From NCBI GenBank assembly GCA_964631265.1, contig CAZVWW010000003.1:1-62230 (forward strand): DNA of 62,230 nucleotides. The letters are read 5' to 3'. Below the pieces are notes generated by a model that searched no databases, was not told where the DNA came from, and was given only the letters and a program-made list of their open reading frames with translations. The translations under genes were made by a program, and so were the position numbers. Positions 30,480 through 40,199 of this stretch are shown here, piece by piece (within the stretch, counting starts at the first letter, position 1; every line of letters starts with the position of its first letter). This stretch comes from an uncultured Thermotogaceae bacterium (lineage in GTDB: Bacteria; Thermotogota; Thermotogae; MWEM01).

Positions 30480-31406
30480 TTATTTTGCGTAGAATCCTTC
30501 ATCGGGAACAGGTATTTCAGGATAGATCTCATTGATCGTCTTCATGAATGATTGAACTTCATTACGAATCTTCAGGACACTTTTATAAGCATATTCTGAA
30601 CGACTCAGCGACTCTTTGAGAACCGGGGCGGGCATGCCGCTGAAGTACTTCGTTGTCAATGCAACCGCTTCATCTTTGTTACCCATGGCAAAATCAATCG
30701 AGTCGTTGATGGCATTTAACGCCGATGAGATTTCCAATGGTCTTTCGACCAGCGCAGACTTCCTGACCATAACACCGGTTATGGGAACTCTGTAATTGCC
30801 TGTTTCTTCTCCCCATATTGCCTGTAAATCAAATGTGATCTCAGACCCGTCAACCTTTTTCAGCATAAGGGTTACAAAAGGCTCAGGAACAACGGCGGCC
30901 TTTACTTTTCCTTTTGCCATCAGTCCAACGATTTCAGGCGGCTTGGCATATTTTATCTCAACATCCTCCCCGACCTCTAATCCAAGTTCTCTGAATTTAT
31001 ATCTCATCAGAACATCACCGGTCTGTCCAGTACCCTGAGGCGTATAAATTTCAACCCCTTTTAGATCTGAAAGGGAATCAGCGTCGATATCACTGGTCAC
31101 CATATAAAAGCTCTTCCAGAGCGTTACTGCCGCCAGCTGCACATCCATGCCTTTATCATAAAGCATCTCACCGAGCGCAACAGGAACAATAACGATATCC
31201 GCATCTTTCGATACAAGAGAGGCAGTGATCTGGTCAAAAGATGTCCAGAATTCAATATCCATCTCCACTGCACTGTCAACCTTATCCTCGAGGATTCCCA
31301 CAAGCGAAACAATGGTAGGCCCCACCGGTGACAGAACATTCACAGCAGAGAAAAGCCCCCCCGCCAGAAATGTCATTAAAACAAGTGTTAGTAAAATCTT
31401 CTTCAT
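30480..31406 (-). CDS. ABC transporter substrate-binding protein (NMT1/THI5-like, NitT/TauT family)
   Basis: The start MKKILLTLVLMTFLAG (complement of 31404-31406) is preceded by AAAGGAGGAATAGA and followed by a signal peptide. The track's longer N-terminus has no RBS. The substrate cannot be called from sequence. Confidence 0.8.
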   Translation of the reverse strand: MKKILLTLVLMTFLAGGLFSAVNVLSPVGPTIVSLVGILEDKVDSAVEMDIEFWTSFDQITASLVSKDADIVIVPVALGEMLYDKGMDVQLAAVTLWKSFYMVTSDIDADSLSDLKGVEIYTPQGTGQTGDVLMRYKFRELGLEVGEDVEIKYAKPPEIVGLMAKGKVKAAVVPEPFVTLMLKKVDGSEITFDLQAIWGEETGNYRVPITGVMVRKSALVERPLEISSALNAINDSIDFAMGNKDEAVALTTKYFSGMPAPVLKESLSRSEYAYKSVLKIRNEVQSFMKTINEIYPEIPVPDEGFYAK

Positions 31407-31530
31407 TCTATTCCTCCTTTTCAGTATTATTTGTTGAGTAAACGACTCTTTCAATGTATGGTGTTCTTTATTTAAGCTCTGAGCATACTGGTTTTTCGGT
31501 TTAAAAAAAAGCAACCACAACTATCAGGAA

Positions 31531-31616
31531 AAAGGGGAGCGTTTTATTCTCCTATTTTTCTGGCTACATGTCCCCGGCTTGTAGCCGTGAACCTGTCATG
31601 AGTCCCCTGGCTCATG
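31531..31616 (+). repeat. tandem-hairpin repeat element, copy A (family 2)
   Basis: It has three parts: the module AAAGGGGAGCGTTTTATTCTCC (31531-31552), hairpin GGCTACA-N11-TGTAGCC (31562-31586), and hairpin CATGAG-N8-CTCATG (31597-31616). A second copy lies at 42544-42727. Confidence 0.7.
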
Positions 31617-31714
31617 TCCTATGACGCTTTTATCTTTGTTTGTAGATCAGTTCAAACAGCAATCCACACTGATAAAGACGAAAAATAGGCGCACTTATTT
31701 AAGTTTGTTTAGAC

Positions 31715-34291
31715 TCATTTAAACATCACATAGGCCGACGTTGGCGCTAAATCAATCGTGCCCTCAATCGTGTATAACAGCTCAGTACCAGCCTTCTCCC
31801 CATCAACCACAACGTTCCATTGCCCGTCGGGAAGGCTGTACGTTTCAGCATCCATACTGCCGTTGAAGATAACAAAGATGTCATCCCATTCATCACCAAC
31901 TGAAGAACCGTTTATTCTAAAGGGAACGATTCTCTTATTCCCGGCGTTAATCATCTCAAGATTATCTTTGATCTGTTGCTCCGTGCGCATCCTGAAAGCC
32001 TTGTGGCTCTTTCTTATTTCAATCAGGCCTTTGTAGTAGTTGTAAACATCTATAAATTCAGCCTTTCTCGCATAATCGAGGGCATTTACGGATATTGGGG
32101 AATTATAGGAGTTTTCATCAAAGTCCTTTGTTCTGCAGAATTCCTGCCCTGCATGTATAAACGGAATGCCCTGTGAAGTAAGTATGATGGCCCCGGAGAG
32201 TTTTTGAGCGTCTTTGAGCATCTCTTCTGTCCAGTCGGTTCTGGTATCCTGTCTCGCCGCCAGGACGTTCTTATCCCAGAGCGTGTGATTGTCATGGCAG
32301 GCGGCATAGTTGATAGACTGCTGTGGATCATCTGTCAGCCAGAAGAGGGAATCGCTGTATCTTATACCTCCAACAACACCTTTCTGGATACTCTTAAATC
32401 TTGGAAAGGAGTCAAGGACAAAGCCTCTGGCTGTCTCATCAAAGACAGACCCTCTTATACCGTCTCTGATATCATCGTTGAACGTTCCGATCTCAGTTCC
32501 TTCAACAGCAGCCTGAACCATTCTGGAGATACGCGCATAGTATCGGTCTTCCTCGGGTGGCATCCAGAAATCCCTTGCAATGGCACTTCCCCAGCCTTCA
32601 CCGTATAACAGAGCTGAGGGGTTAATACTGTGTACAACCTCTTCGACTCTGTGCATGGTTTCGATATCGATAAAGCCCATTTGATCGAAACGAAAGCCGT
32701 CAACGTGGTATTCCTCTACCCAATATTTAACGGTATCCACGATATATTTCCTCATCATCGGCCTGTGCGAGGCGATTGTGTTGCCGCATCCGCTCTCATT
32801 GATAAAAGCACCCGATTTTGAAATCTTATAGTAGTAATAGGGGACAGCTGTATCAAAAGGAGAAATCTCTCCCAGACCATATGTATGAGGAAAAACCATG
32901 TCCAGGATGACTCCGGTTTTTTCAACATGGAAAGACTCAATCATCTTTTTCAGTTCCGTGATTCTCTTAAGCGGGTCAGTCGGATCGGTTGAGTATCTCC
33001 CCTCCGGGACAGTGAAGAGGAAGGGATCGTATCCCCAGTTATAATAGTCCTCAAAATCCTTATTCATCTCGTCCCCGGTATAAAAATCATAGACCGGCAG
33101 AACATGCACGTGGGTTACCCCGAGCTCAACGATGCTTTCCAGAGCGGTGGTTACACCATCAGGACCTTTCGTGCCTTTTTCAGTCAGTCCGGGGTAGGTA
33201 TTTCGTAAGGATTCTTCAACCCCCGAGGACTCATCGCCTGTAACATCAGCTACATGTATCTCATAAATGATGGCATCTTCAGGCGCATCAAGATGAACAG
33301 GGCTATCTTCACTCCAGTCAGCCGGATCACTTTCATCAAGATTGACCACAGCAGATTTCAGGCTGTTGGCATAGGTGGATTTTGAATAAGGGTCTACTCC
33401 TCTAACAACCTCGTCGTATCTGTCATATTGATAGAGATAAAACATTCCGTTCAAATCCCGTTCGACAGAAGCTTCCCATACCCCGTTCTCATCCATCTCC
33501 ATGTCAACGGACTCTTGTGGTGTTTCTGAAGTCCCCTCGTCAAACAACATGAGTTCTACATTGCAAGAAACCGGACTCCATACCCTGAATACTGTTTTTC
33601 CCGGCGAGTATGAGGCGCCCATTTTCTTTTCAGACTTGTATTGATCCAGAATCCCCATCATGACAAGTCTTTGTGGAGTAAAACCATCAATATCCAAAGT
33701 GACGGGTTTTGAAATCTCGTTCAATGTGAGCGGTTCTTCCAGTTTAATCTCGAAGAAACTCGTTTTGGAAAGATCGGTCGGATTCACTTCATAAACATCC
33801 TTGACCGATCTTTTTTCACCGTCTACGAGAACAGACAATCTTCCATTCCACTGATTTGTATTAAAGGGATTGGTTGTATTAACTCTAATGGTCTCTTTCG
33901 TCACAACGCCTCCAAATGATATCCTCGGAGATGTGTCCGGTTCTTCATAATATACCTCTTTAACCCCTTGAAGCAGCCATATCTCAGTTCCGTCTTCTTC
34001 AGTCTCAAAATATCTGTCCTGAGAGACATCTTTCGCCTCCCATTCGCCAAGACGAACAATGATCCCCACTTCGTCGAGATCATCGGGTAGCGTTACATTG
34101 GCGATCCTGCCGTACTCATCCTCCCCGTCAAATTCATGGGCACTTCCGTTGAGACCTCTCCCCCACAACCACAGATTCCATCCCTCGTAATTACCATCGA
34201 ATCGGTGATAATGGATGGTGAGGTCTGTTTGTGAAAATACAAGAGCCATCGCCAGTAGAAAGAATAAAACTACAATTGTCAATCTTTTCAT
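31715..34291 (-). CDS. pulA: secreted type I pullulanase (GH13)
   Basis: The start MKRLTIVVLFFLLAMALVFSQ (signal peptide) is preceded by GGAGTGG. GH13 regions are DMVFPHT, VDGFRFDQMG, YGEGWG and YAACHDN. The N-terminal ..TIHYHRFDGNYEGWNLWLW.. repeat is typical of pullulanase CBM41/48 N-termini. Confidence 0.9.
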   Translation of the reverse strand: MKRLTIVVLFFLLAMALVFSQTDLTIHYHRFDGNYEGWNLWLWGRGLNGSAHEFDGEDEYGRIANVTLPDDLDEVGIIVRLGEWEAKDVSQDRYFETEEDGTEIWLLQGVKEVYYEEPDTSPRISFGGVVTKETIRVNTTNPFNTNQWNGRLSVLVDGEKRSVKDVYEVNPTDLSKTSFFEIKLEEPLTLNEISKPVTLDIDGFTPQRLVMMGILDQYKSEKKMGASYSPGKTVFRVWSPVSCNVELMLFDEGTSETPQESVDMEMDENGVWEASVERDLNGMFYLYQYDRYDEVVRGVDPYSKSTYANSLKSAVVNLDESDPADWSEDSPVHLDAPEDAIIYEIHVADVTGDESSGVEESLRNTYPGLTEKGTKGPDGVTTALESIVELGVTHVHVLPVYDFYTGDEMNKDFEDYYNWGYDPFLFTVPEGRYSTDPTDPLKRITELKKMIESFHVEKTGVILDMVFPHTYGLGEISPFDTAVPYYYYKISKSGAFINESGCGNTIASHRPMMRKYIVDTVKYWVEEYHVDGFRFDQMGFIDIETMHRVEEVVHSINPSALLYGEGWGSAIARDFWMPPEEDRYYARISRMVQAAVEGTEIGTFNDDIRDGIRGSVFDETARGFVLDSFPRFKSIQKGVVGGIRYSDSLFWLTDDPQQSINYAACHDNHTLWDKNVLAARQDTRTDWTEEMLKDAQKLSGAIILTSQGIPFIHAGQEFCRTKDFDENSYNSPISVNALDYARKAEFIDVYNYYKGLIEIRKSHKAFRMRTEQQIKDNLEMINAGNKRIVPFRINGSSVGDEWDDIFVIFNGSMDAETYSLPDGQWNVVVDGEKAGTELLYTIEGTIDLAPTSAYVMFK

Positions 34292-34361
34292 GATTATCCA
34301 CTCCAAACGTTTTTACCTAAAACAGGTTTATAAAAAGTATATCATATTTGGATTTATATAA

Positions 34362-34387
34362 TAAAAAAACCCTCCGCTACCGGAGGG
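34362..34387 (-). terminator. rho-independent terminator of the small minus-strand ORF
   Basis: On the minus strand: CCCTCCG-gtag-CGGAGGG followed by TTTTTTTAT. Confidence 0.7.
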
Positions 34388-34430
34388 TTGAAAGGAGTGC
34401 AATCTATATGAAGTGTTGTTCGTTGTTCTC

Positions 34431-34550
34431 TTAGTATTTGTTGACGATATTGAAGAATATATCCGTGTTTAAATCCATTCTTCGGTTAAATTCCTTTTGA
34501 AGTTGATGATTCCGCCTGATTTTCTCAATTGTTCTCTCAAATCTTTTCAT
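34431..34550 (-). CDS. 39-aa basic helical peptide (below the ORF-track cut-off)
   Basis: GGAGGTTCTTTAA-ATG, then MKRFERTIEKIRRNHQLQKEFNRRMDLNTDIFFNIVNKY, a stop, and its own terminator 44 nt downstream. Coding status is inferred only from the RBS + ORF + terminator arrangement. Confidence 0.45.
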   Translation of the reverse strand: MKRFERTIEKIRRNHQLQKEFNRRMDLNTDIFFNIVNKY

Positions 34551-34698
34551 TTAAAGAACCTCCTTCGTTTTTTCTTTTCCCTTTCATCTTCAACTACAGT
34601 GTACAACCTCGCCCTTGGTTGAGGTCAATACGTGTTTTATTTAAGAAGTGGTAAACATCCTATAAAAATTCGAGTTAACTCCATTCCGGTTAGCTTCT

Positions 34699-34768
34699 CA
34701 AGAAATCAAGGGGACAGGTCCCGAGATTAAGTTTTCATAATCGCGGGACCTGTCCCCTTGATTTCTTG
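34699..34768. repeat. long palindromic repeat, copy 1 (family 1)
   Basis: The arms are CAAGAAATCAAGGGGACAGGTCCCGAGATTA and TAATCGCGGGACCTGTCCCCTTGATTTCTTG. Each arm is 31 nt, with one mismatch between them and an 8-nt loop. Confidence 0.85.
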
Positions 34769-34864
34769 TGGTTTTCAACTCCCGTCGTTCAAATTGAAAA
34801 GGTGTCTTTGGATGATAGGTATTGCGTGTTATAATCCATTGGTTATTTTGTCAGAAACTAATGA

Positions 34865-35932
34865 TTGAAAGAGTCCGGGAGGCTGAAAAGTATCAGAGTC
34901 TTTTTGTTTGGCTATTATGGAATGAACAACTACGGGGATGAGATGCTGCTTAAAAGCACTTTGAAGCTTTTTAGTGAGCTGGGGTTAAAAGAGGTGGACC
35001 TCCTTTATCCGCGCAGGGGTTCAAGAAAGATGGGTGGCATACGCATCAACCATGTTCCCCGAACGTCCCCGCTGTCATTGATATCGGCCATAAAAAAAGC
35101 GGATATTGTCCTGGGGGGTGGAGGGAATCTCTTCCAGGATGAAACCAGCAACCGTAGTTTCTTATACTATTATATACTTGTTTCAACCGCCCTGTTTTTT
35201 AAAAAGCCTGTCTTTTTATTTGGACACGGGATTGGTAAGATCTCATCGAGAAAGAATTACAGCCGCATGAAAAAAATCTTGTCGAAAGAACTTTGTGTTG
35301 GGTTTTTCCGGGATGAAGTATCTTACAGATATGCCCGGAATTTTGGAAGACAACACAAACGTGGAACAGACTTGTCTTATGAGTTTTTAAAAAAACGGGG
35401 AGTTACAAAAAAGATTAATGGAAGGCTTGGCCTCTTTCTGAAGAGAGATTGGGTTGATTCAGATGAAATCATTCGACCGTTGAAGGATGAAGGTATCAAA
35501 GAGATCCAAATACTGGTGGCATTTCCCGATGAAGAGCTCAAAGTGGCAAAAAGAGCTAAAAAAGACCTTGAAAGACATTTTCCGACAGCAATAAAAGTCG
35601 GGGAGGTCTCCGAACTGACTGATCAGGTGGCAACTTGTTCACTTGTTATTTCTGAAAGGCTTCATGGGTCTATCGTATCATCACACTTTGGAATTCCACT
35701 GTTATGCAGCGATACCTTTAAAATGAAGTCATACTTCAAGGATATGAAGGGATTTGATGCCTTTTTCAAGGACAAAAGTATTTCAGAGATCGGCCATGCC
35801 CTGTCAAAGATACGAAAAATAGATTATGGTAAATTGAATGAGGACTTCCTGAGGAGGAATCAGGCACGATTGAAGGCAATGAAAAAATGGCTTCAGGCGG
35901 AAATTAAAAAAAGACCAACACATAAACAATAG
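34865..35932 (+). CDS. csaB: polysaccharide pyruvyl transferase CsaB
   Basis: The N-terminal FGYYGMNNYGDEMLL and GGGGNLFQDETSNRSFLYYY are the characteristic CsaB motifs. The TTG start at 34865 has no obvious RBS, so the start is uncertain. Confidence 0.75.
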   Translation: MKESGRLKSIRVFLFGYYGMNNYGDEMLLKSTLKLFSELGLKEVDLLYPRRGSRKMGGIRINHVPRTSPLSLISAIKKADIVLGGGGNLFQDETSNRSFLYYYILVSTALFFKKPVFLFGHGIGKISSRKNYSRMKKILSKELCVGFFRDEVSYRYARNFGRQHKRGTDLSYEFLKKRGVTKKINGRLGLFLKRDWVDSDEIIRPLKDEGIKEIQILVAFPDEELKVAKRAKKDLERHFPTAIKVGEVSELTDQVATCSLVISERLHGSIVSSHFGIPLLCSDTFKMKSYFKDMKGFDAFFKDKSISEIGHALSKIRKIDYGKLNEDFLRRNQARLKAMKKWLQAEIKKRPTHKQ

Positions 35933-35955
35933 AATCGAAGGGAGGATTAACAACA

Positions 35956-37275
35956 ATGGCGGTATTAACATTTCCCGGTGGGGTTCATCCACCGGAAAGA
36001 AAGACTTTGTCGGAAAAGGCCAAACTTGAGCTAATGCCTTTACCGGGAAAAGCTTATGTATTTGTTCATCAAAATCTTGGAAACCCGCCGAAATTAACCG
36101 TAAAAGAGGGAGACCGGGTGAAGACCGGGCAAAAGATTGCAGATCCCGGTGGAAAGGTCTCAGTTCCTCTTCATTCACCGGTCACCGGTGAGGTGGTAGA
36201 GATTACAAAAATGTTCCATCCTGCACAGAACAAAAAGGTTGAAGCAGTTATTATTGAAAGTTCAGATGAAGAAGAACGCGACTTCATGAGTGAGATGGAT
36301 TTTACAACGGCCTCAAGAGAGGAATTGTATCAGCGTATCCAGGATGCAGGAATAGTGGGAATGGGAGGCGCTTCATTTCCAACTCATGTCAAATATACAT
36401 CCTCATTGGTCAAACCTGCCGACCTGGTGATCCTAAATGGTGCTGAATGTGAGCCCTATCTAACGATTGATCACCGGCTGATGCTGGAAAGAGGAGAACA
36501 GGTTTTAAACGGCTTAAGGATACTGATGAAGGTATCAGGCGCCAAAAAGGGGATCATCGGTATTGAAAACAACAAACCGGATGCCATCAAGAGTATGACA
36601 GAAATTGCCTCACATGATGATAATGTGGATGTCGTCTCCGTCAAGACAAAATATCCCCAGGGGGCCGAAAAACAGCTGATTTACACAACCACCGGAAGAA
36701 AGGTCCCGGTAGGAGGGCTTCCCATTGACATTGGCGTTATCATGAATAATATCGGTACTGCCATAGCCGTATGCGAAGCTGTTCAGAATGGCGAACCAAC
36801 AATAAAAAGAGGCGTTACCGTGACAGGTGAGGGGATCAGGACGCCCAAAAATGTGATTGCAAGAATTGGCACACCGATTAAAGAATTGGTTGAATACTGT
36901 GGCGGATACAAGGGTGTTCCACAAAAAATCGTTGCCGGTGGACCGATGACAGGTCCCGCATTGAAGACAACAGAAACGCCTGTTATGAAAGCCACATCGG
37001 GAGTATTGGTTTTACCGGAACCTGAAAAAGCCCCGAACCCTCCTAAGCCCTGTATTAACTGTAATCAATGTGTGACGGTTTGCCCAATGGCACTTGAACC
37101 GAATTTTCTTGTTAAGCTCTGTGAGGCAAAACAATACGACGAGGCTGTTGATCTGAATCTGCTGTCTTGTATCGAATGCGGTGCATGTGCCTACATATGT
37201 CCGTCAAGAATTGAACATATCAAAACATTCCAGCTTGCCAAGAAAGTCTACAAAGCTTTGAAAGGGAGGAAATAA
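35956..37275 (+). CDS. rnfC: Rnf electron-transport complex subunit C
   Basis: Contains GMGGASFPTHVK (the NADH/FMN site) and two 4Fe-4S motifs, CINCNQCVTVCP and CIECGACAYICP. Confidence 0.92.
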   Translation: MAVLTFPGGVHPPERKTLSEKAKLELMPLPGKAYVFVHQNLGNPPKLTVKEGDRVKTGQKIADPGGKVSVPLHSPVTGEVVEITKMFHPAQNKKVEAVIIESSDEEERDFMSEMDFTTASREELYQRIQDAGIVGMGGASFPTHVKYTSSLVKPADLVILNGAECEPYLTIDHRLMLERGEQVLNGLRILMKVSGAKKGIIGIENNKPDAIKSMTEIASHDDNVDVVSVKTKYPQGAEKQLIYTTTGRKVPVGGLPIDIGVIMNNIGTAIAVCEAVQNGEPTIKRGVTVTGEGIRTPKNVIARIGTPIKELVEYCGGYKGVPQKIVAGGPMTGPALKTTETPVMKATSGVLVLPEPEKAPNPPKPCINCNQCVTVCPMALEPNFLVKLCEAKQYDEAVDLNLLSCIECGACAYICPSRIEHIKTFQLAKKVYKALKGRK

Positions 37276-37277
37276 AT

Positions 37278-38264
37278 ATGGCACAGGTTTTCAGTTCAAC
37301 CGCCGCTCCCCATATCAGGACAAATGATTCTGTAAGAAAGATCATGATAGATGTATTAATCGCATTAGCGCCCGCCGTGATCGTATCAATCTACGTTTTT
37401 GGATGGAAGGCTTTGTTTATGAGTCTTCTTGGCGTTGTATCCGCAGGAGCTCTCGAATTGTTCATCATGAAAGTGTTGAGGAAGAAAAAGGATTTTGTTC
37501 CCGACGGCAGTGCAGCTGTTACCGGTCTGCTCCTGGCTTTGAATGTGTCCGTCGGTTTACCGTGGTATCTTCTGCTGATAGGTGTTCTGGTGGCAATTGG
37601 CTTGGGGAAACATGTATACGGCGGACTGGGCGCTAATCCGTTTAATCCGGCACTTGTGGGAAGGGTTTTTCTTGTGATGTCCTTTCCAACAGCCATGACA
37701 GTATGGCCCAAGGCCGGAGCCTGGAGGGTCTCAGATACCCTGGTCACTGCAGCAACCCCCATGAATATCCTGAAGGCAGACGGCCTGGAGGCTGCAACGA
37801 GCAGCTTTTCACTGGCAGATATGTTTCTCGGGAATACCAGCGGATGTATGGGGGAAGTCAGTGCGCTGGCCCTTCTGATAGGATTTGCCTATCTCCTCTT
37901 CCGGAAACACGTCTCCTGGCATATACCGGCTTCCTATTTCGGGACTGTCCTTGTTATTTCATCCATATTCTTCCTGATTAATCCGGAACAGTACGGAACA
38001 CCCATGATGCATCTTTTCGGAGGCGGTCTGATGATCGGAGCACTCTTCATGGCCACCGACATGGTAACCAGTCCTTCCACCGTGAAAGGCTCATTGATAT
38101 TTGGTACCGGTTGTGGTCTGATAACGATGCTGATAAGATACGCGGGCGCATTACCTGAAGGGGTGCAATATTCCATTCTGATTATGAATGCCTTTAAACC
38201 GCTAATCGATAAGTGGACAAGAAGAAGGCCTTTTGGTGCTGAAAAGAAGGGGGCGAGGGCATAA
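37278..38264 (+). CDS. rnfD: Rnf complex subunit D
   Basis: A polytopic membrane protein with NqrB/RnfD motifs (..GANPFNPALVGR.., ..TAATPMN.. flavinylation-type site, ..MATDMVTSP..). Confidence 0.9.
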   Translation: MAQVFSSTAAPHIRTNDSVRKIMIDVLIALAPAVIVSIYVFGWKALFMSLLGVVSAGALELFIMKVLRKKKDFVPDGSAAVTGLLLALNVSVGLPWYLLLIGVLVAIGLGKHVYGGLGANPFNPALVGRVFLVMSFPTAMTVWPKAGAWRVSDTLVTAATPMNILKADGLEAATSSFSLADMFLGNTSGCMGEVSALALLIGFAYLLFRKHVSWHIPASYFGTVLVISSIFFLINPEQYGTPMMHLFGGGLMIGALFMATDMVTSPSTVKGSLIFGTGCGLITMLIRYAGALPEGVQYSILIMNAFKPLIDKWTRRRPFGAEKKGARA

Positions 38265-38980
38265 TGAAGAATTATCTGAAGATGGGTCTCACTTTAATGC
38301 TTTTTGCTATTGCAGTTGCCGTCCTCCTTTCTGTTGTTTACACGATAACGAAAGGTCCGATTGAGGATGCTGAACTGAACGTGAAGCTTCAGTCAATCAA
38401 AACCGTCCTCTCAAATCCTGAAGACGAAGAATTGATGATAGACGAAAACCAGATTCCTGAAAGCGAAGGCGAACTCAAGGAGAGAGTCTGGAAATCGACT
38501 GAGGAAGCATTTCTCTATGAGAGTAGTGAATATAAAGGGTATGTATCTTCACCGGCCTATAAATTCAGTCTAAAAGACGGTAAACCCGCCTATGTTGTAA
38601 CCGGCGCAGCTGTCGGATACGGTGGTTATGTGACGGTCATGTGTTCCTTTGTCGGAGAACTGTCGAATCTTGAGATGATGCGGATACAGGTTTTAGATTA
38701 TTCACAGGAAACACCAGGACTCGGAGCGAAGATAGCTGAGAAAGAGGCTAAAGAAAGATTCTTCGAGATTCCGAAAAAGGCATTGGAAGACGGATTACAG
38801 GTTGATAAGGATGCCGGTGTTGCTGCGGCAAAGACCGATGAACAGGTTGAACAATACAAGGAAGAAGGGGTAATCTATATCAGCGATATCATGACCGGTG
38901 CCACCATTACCCCAAGAGGTGTTGCCAATGCGGTCAATACCATGTTCGATTATTTGAAAAAAGAACTGGGGGGTGAATGA
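38264..38980 (+). CDS. rnfG: Rnf complex subunit G (FMN-binding)
   Basis: An N-terminal anchor plus the covalent-FMN motif ..MTGATITPRGV.. (S/TGAT). Confidence 0.88.
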   Translation: MKNYLKMGLTLMLFAIAVAVLLSVVYTITKGPIEDAELNVKLQSIKTVLSNPEDEELMIDENQIPESEGELKERVWKSTEEAFLYESSEYKGYVSSPAYKFSLKDGKPAYVVTGAAVGYGGYVTVMCSFVGELSNLEMMRIQVLDYSQETPGLGAKIAEKEAKERFFEIPKKALEDGLQVDKDAGVAAAKTDEQVEQYKEEGVIYISDIMTGATITPRGVANAVNTMFDYLKKELGGE

Positions 38981-39627
38981 TTATGTCGGGAACAATGAAG
39001 GAATTTTCCAACGGCCTTGTTAAAAATAACCCGATCTTTATTCAGGCCTTGGGCATGTGTCCGACGCTTGCGACGACAACAAGTGCGTCGAATGGACTCG
39101 GGATGGGGATGGCGACATTGACCGTTTTACTGATGTCAAATATTGTCATTTCTATCATTAGGAAACTGGTACCGGCCAAGATTCGTATCCCGGTTTATAT
39201 CATCATAATCGCCGGCTTTGTCACAATGGTGGATTTGCTCATGCATGGTTTTCTATACGATCTCTGGAAAACACTCGGGCTCTTCATTCCGCTCATCGTC
39301 GTTAACTGTCTTATCCTTGGCAGAGCAGAATCATATGCCAGTCAGAACGGGATATGGAAATCTATTCTGGATGCCCTTGGTATGGGTCTGGGATTTGCCG
39401 GAGGACTTGTCATACTCGGCGCTGTCAGAGAGATACTCGGGGCCGGGACGGTCTTTGGTGTTGAACTCTGGGGAGATGCCTTCAACGTGTTTATTATGAT
39501 ACTTCCCCCCGGTGCATTCATAACGCTCGGCCTGCTTGCCGGTTTGTTCAACTGGATAGGCATCTCGAAAGAAGAAGCGAAAAAGAAAAAGCAAAAAGCA
39601 GCTAAAAAGGCAGGTGGAAAAGCATGA
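38977..39627 (+). CDS. rnfE: Rnf complex subunit E
   Basis: ATGA overlap with rnfG. NqrD/RnfE-type sequence (..NNPIFIQALGMCPTLATTT.., ..VNCLILGRAE..). Confidence 0.9.
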   Translation: MIMSGTMKEFSNGLVKNNPIFIQALGMCPTLATTTSASNGLGMGMATLTVLLMSNIVISIIRKLVPAKIRIPVYIIIIAGFVTMVDLLMHGFLYDLWKTLGLFIPLIVVNCLILGRAESYASQNGIWKSILDALGMGLGFAGGLVILGAVREILGAGTVFGVELWGDAFNVFIMILPPGAFITLGLLAGLFNWIGISKEEAKKKKQKAAKKAGGKA

Positions 39628-40199
39628 AGGTATTTCTCATATTCCTTTCAGCGATTTTGGTCAATAACTTTGTCCTTCAGAGATTTCTGGGTATTTGTCC
39701 GTTTCTTGGTGTGTCCAAGAAGATCGATACGGCTTTTGGCATGTCACTTGCTGTTGTTTTCGTCATGCTGCTTGCGAGTATTATCACATGGCTTCTAAAC
39801 GGGGTTTTAATCCTGATGGGTCTCGGCTTCTTAAAAACAATTGTTTTCATTCTGGTTATTGCCTCACTGGTACAGTTTGTTGAGATCTTCTTAAAGAAGA
39901 CTTCTCCGGCTTTGTATGAAGCGCTTGGTATTTTTCTCCCCCTCATCACAACAAACTGCGCCATACTGGGACTCGCTCTTTTAAACATACAGAATGAGTA
40001 CTCACTGGTGGAGACTGTTTTCCATGCGTTGGGAGCCGGAATCGGATTCGGACTGGCATTAGTATTATTTGCCGGAATCAGAGAGCAACTTGAGTTTGCG
40101 GACATGCCCAAACCCTTCAAGGGATTGGCCGGAGCACTCATAACTGCCGGTATACTCTCAATGGCCTTTGTCGGGTTCAGCGGTATGATAAAACTGTAA
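39624..40199 (+). CDS. rnfA: Rnf complex subunit A
   Basis: 4-nt overlap with rnfE. NqrE/RnfA-type sequence (..NNFVLQRFLGICPFLGVSKK.., ..TTNCAILG..). Confidence 0.9.
   Translation: MKVFLIFLSAILVNNFVLQRFLGICPFLGVSKKIDTAFGMSLAVVFVMLLASIITWLLNGVLILMGLGFLKTIVFILVIASLVQFVEIFLKKTSPALYEALGIFLPLITTNCAILGLALLNIQNEYSLVETVFHALGAGIGFGLALVLFAGIREQLEFADMPKPFKGLAGALITAGILSMAFVGFSGMIKL

Noticed and set aside
31407-31714. TPP riboswitch upstream of the NMT1/THI5-like SBP operon.
   Set aside because: No CTGAGA / ACCTGATC THI-box core is present on the minus strand. The region is instead occupied by the family-2 hairpin repeat.
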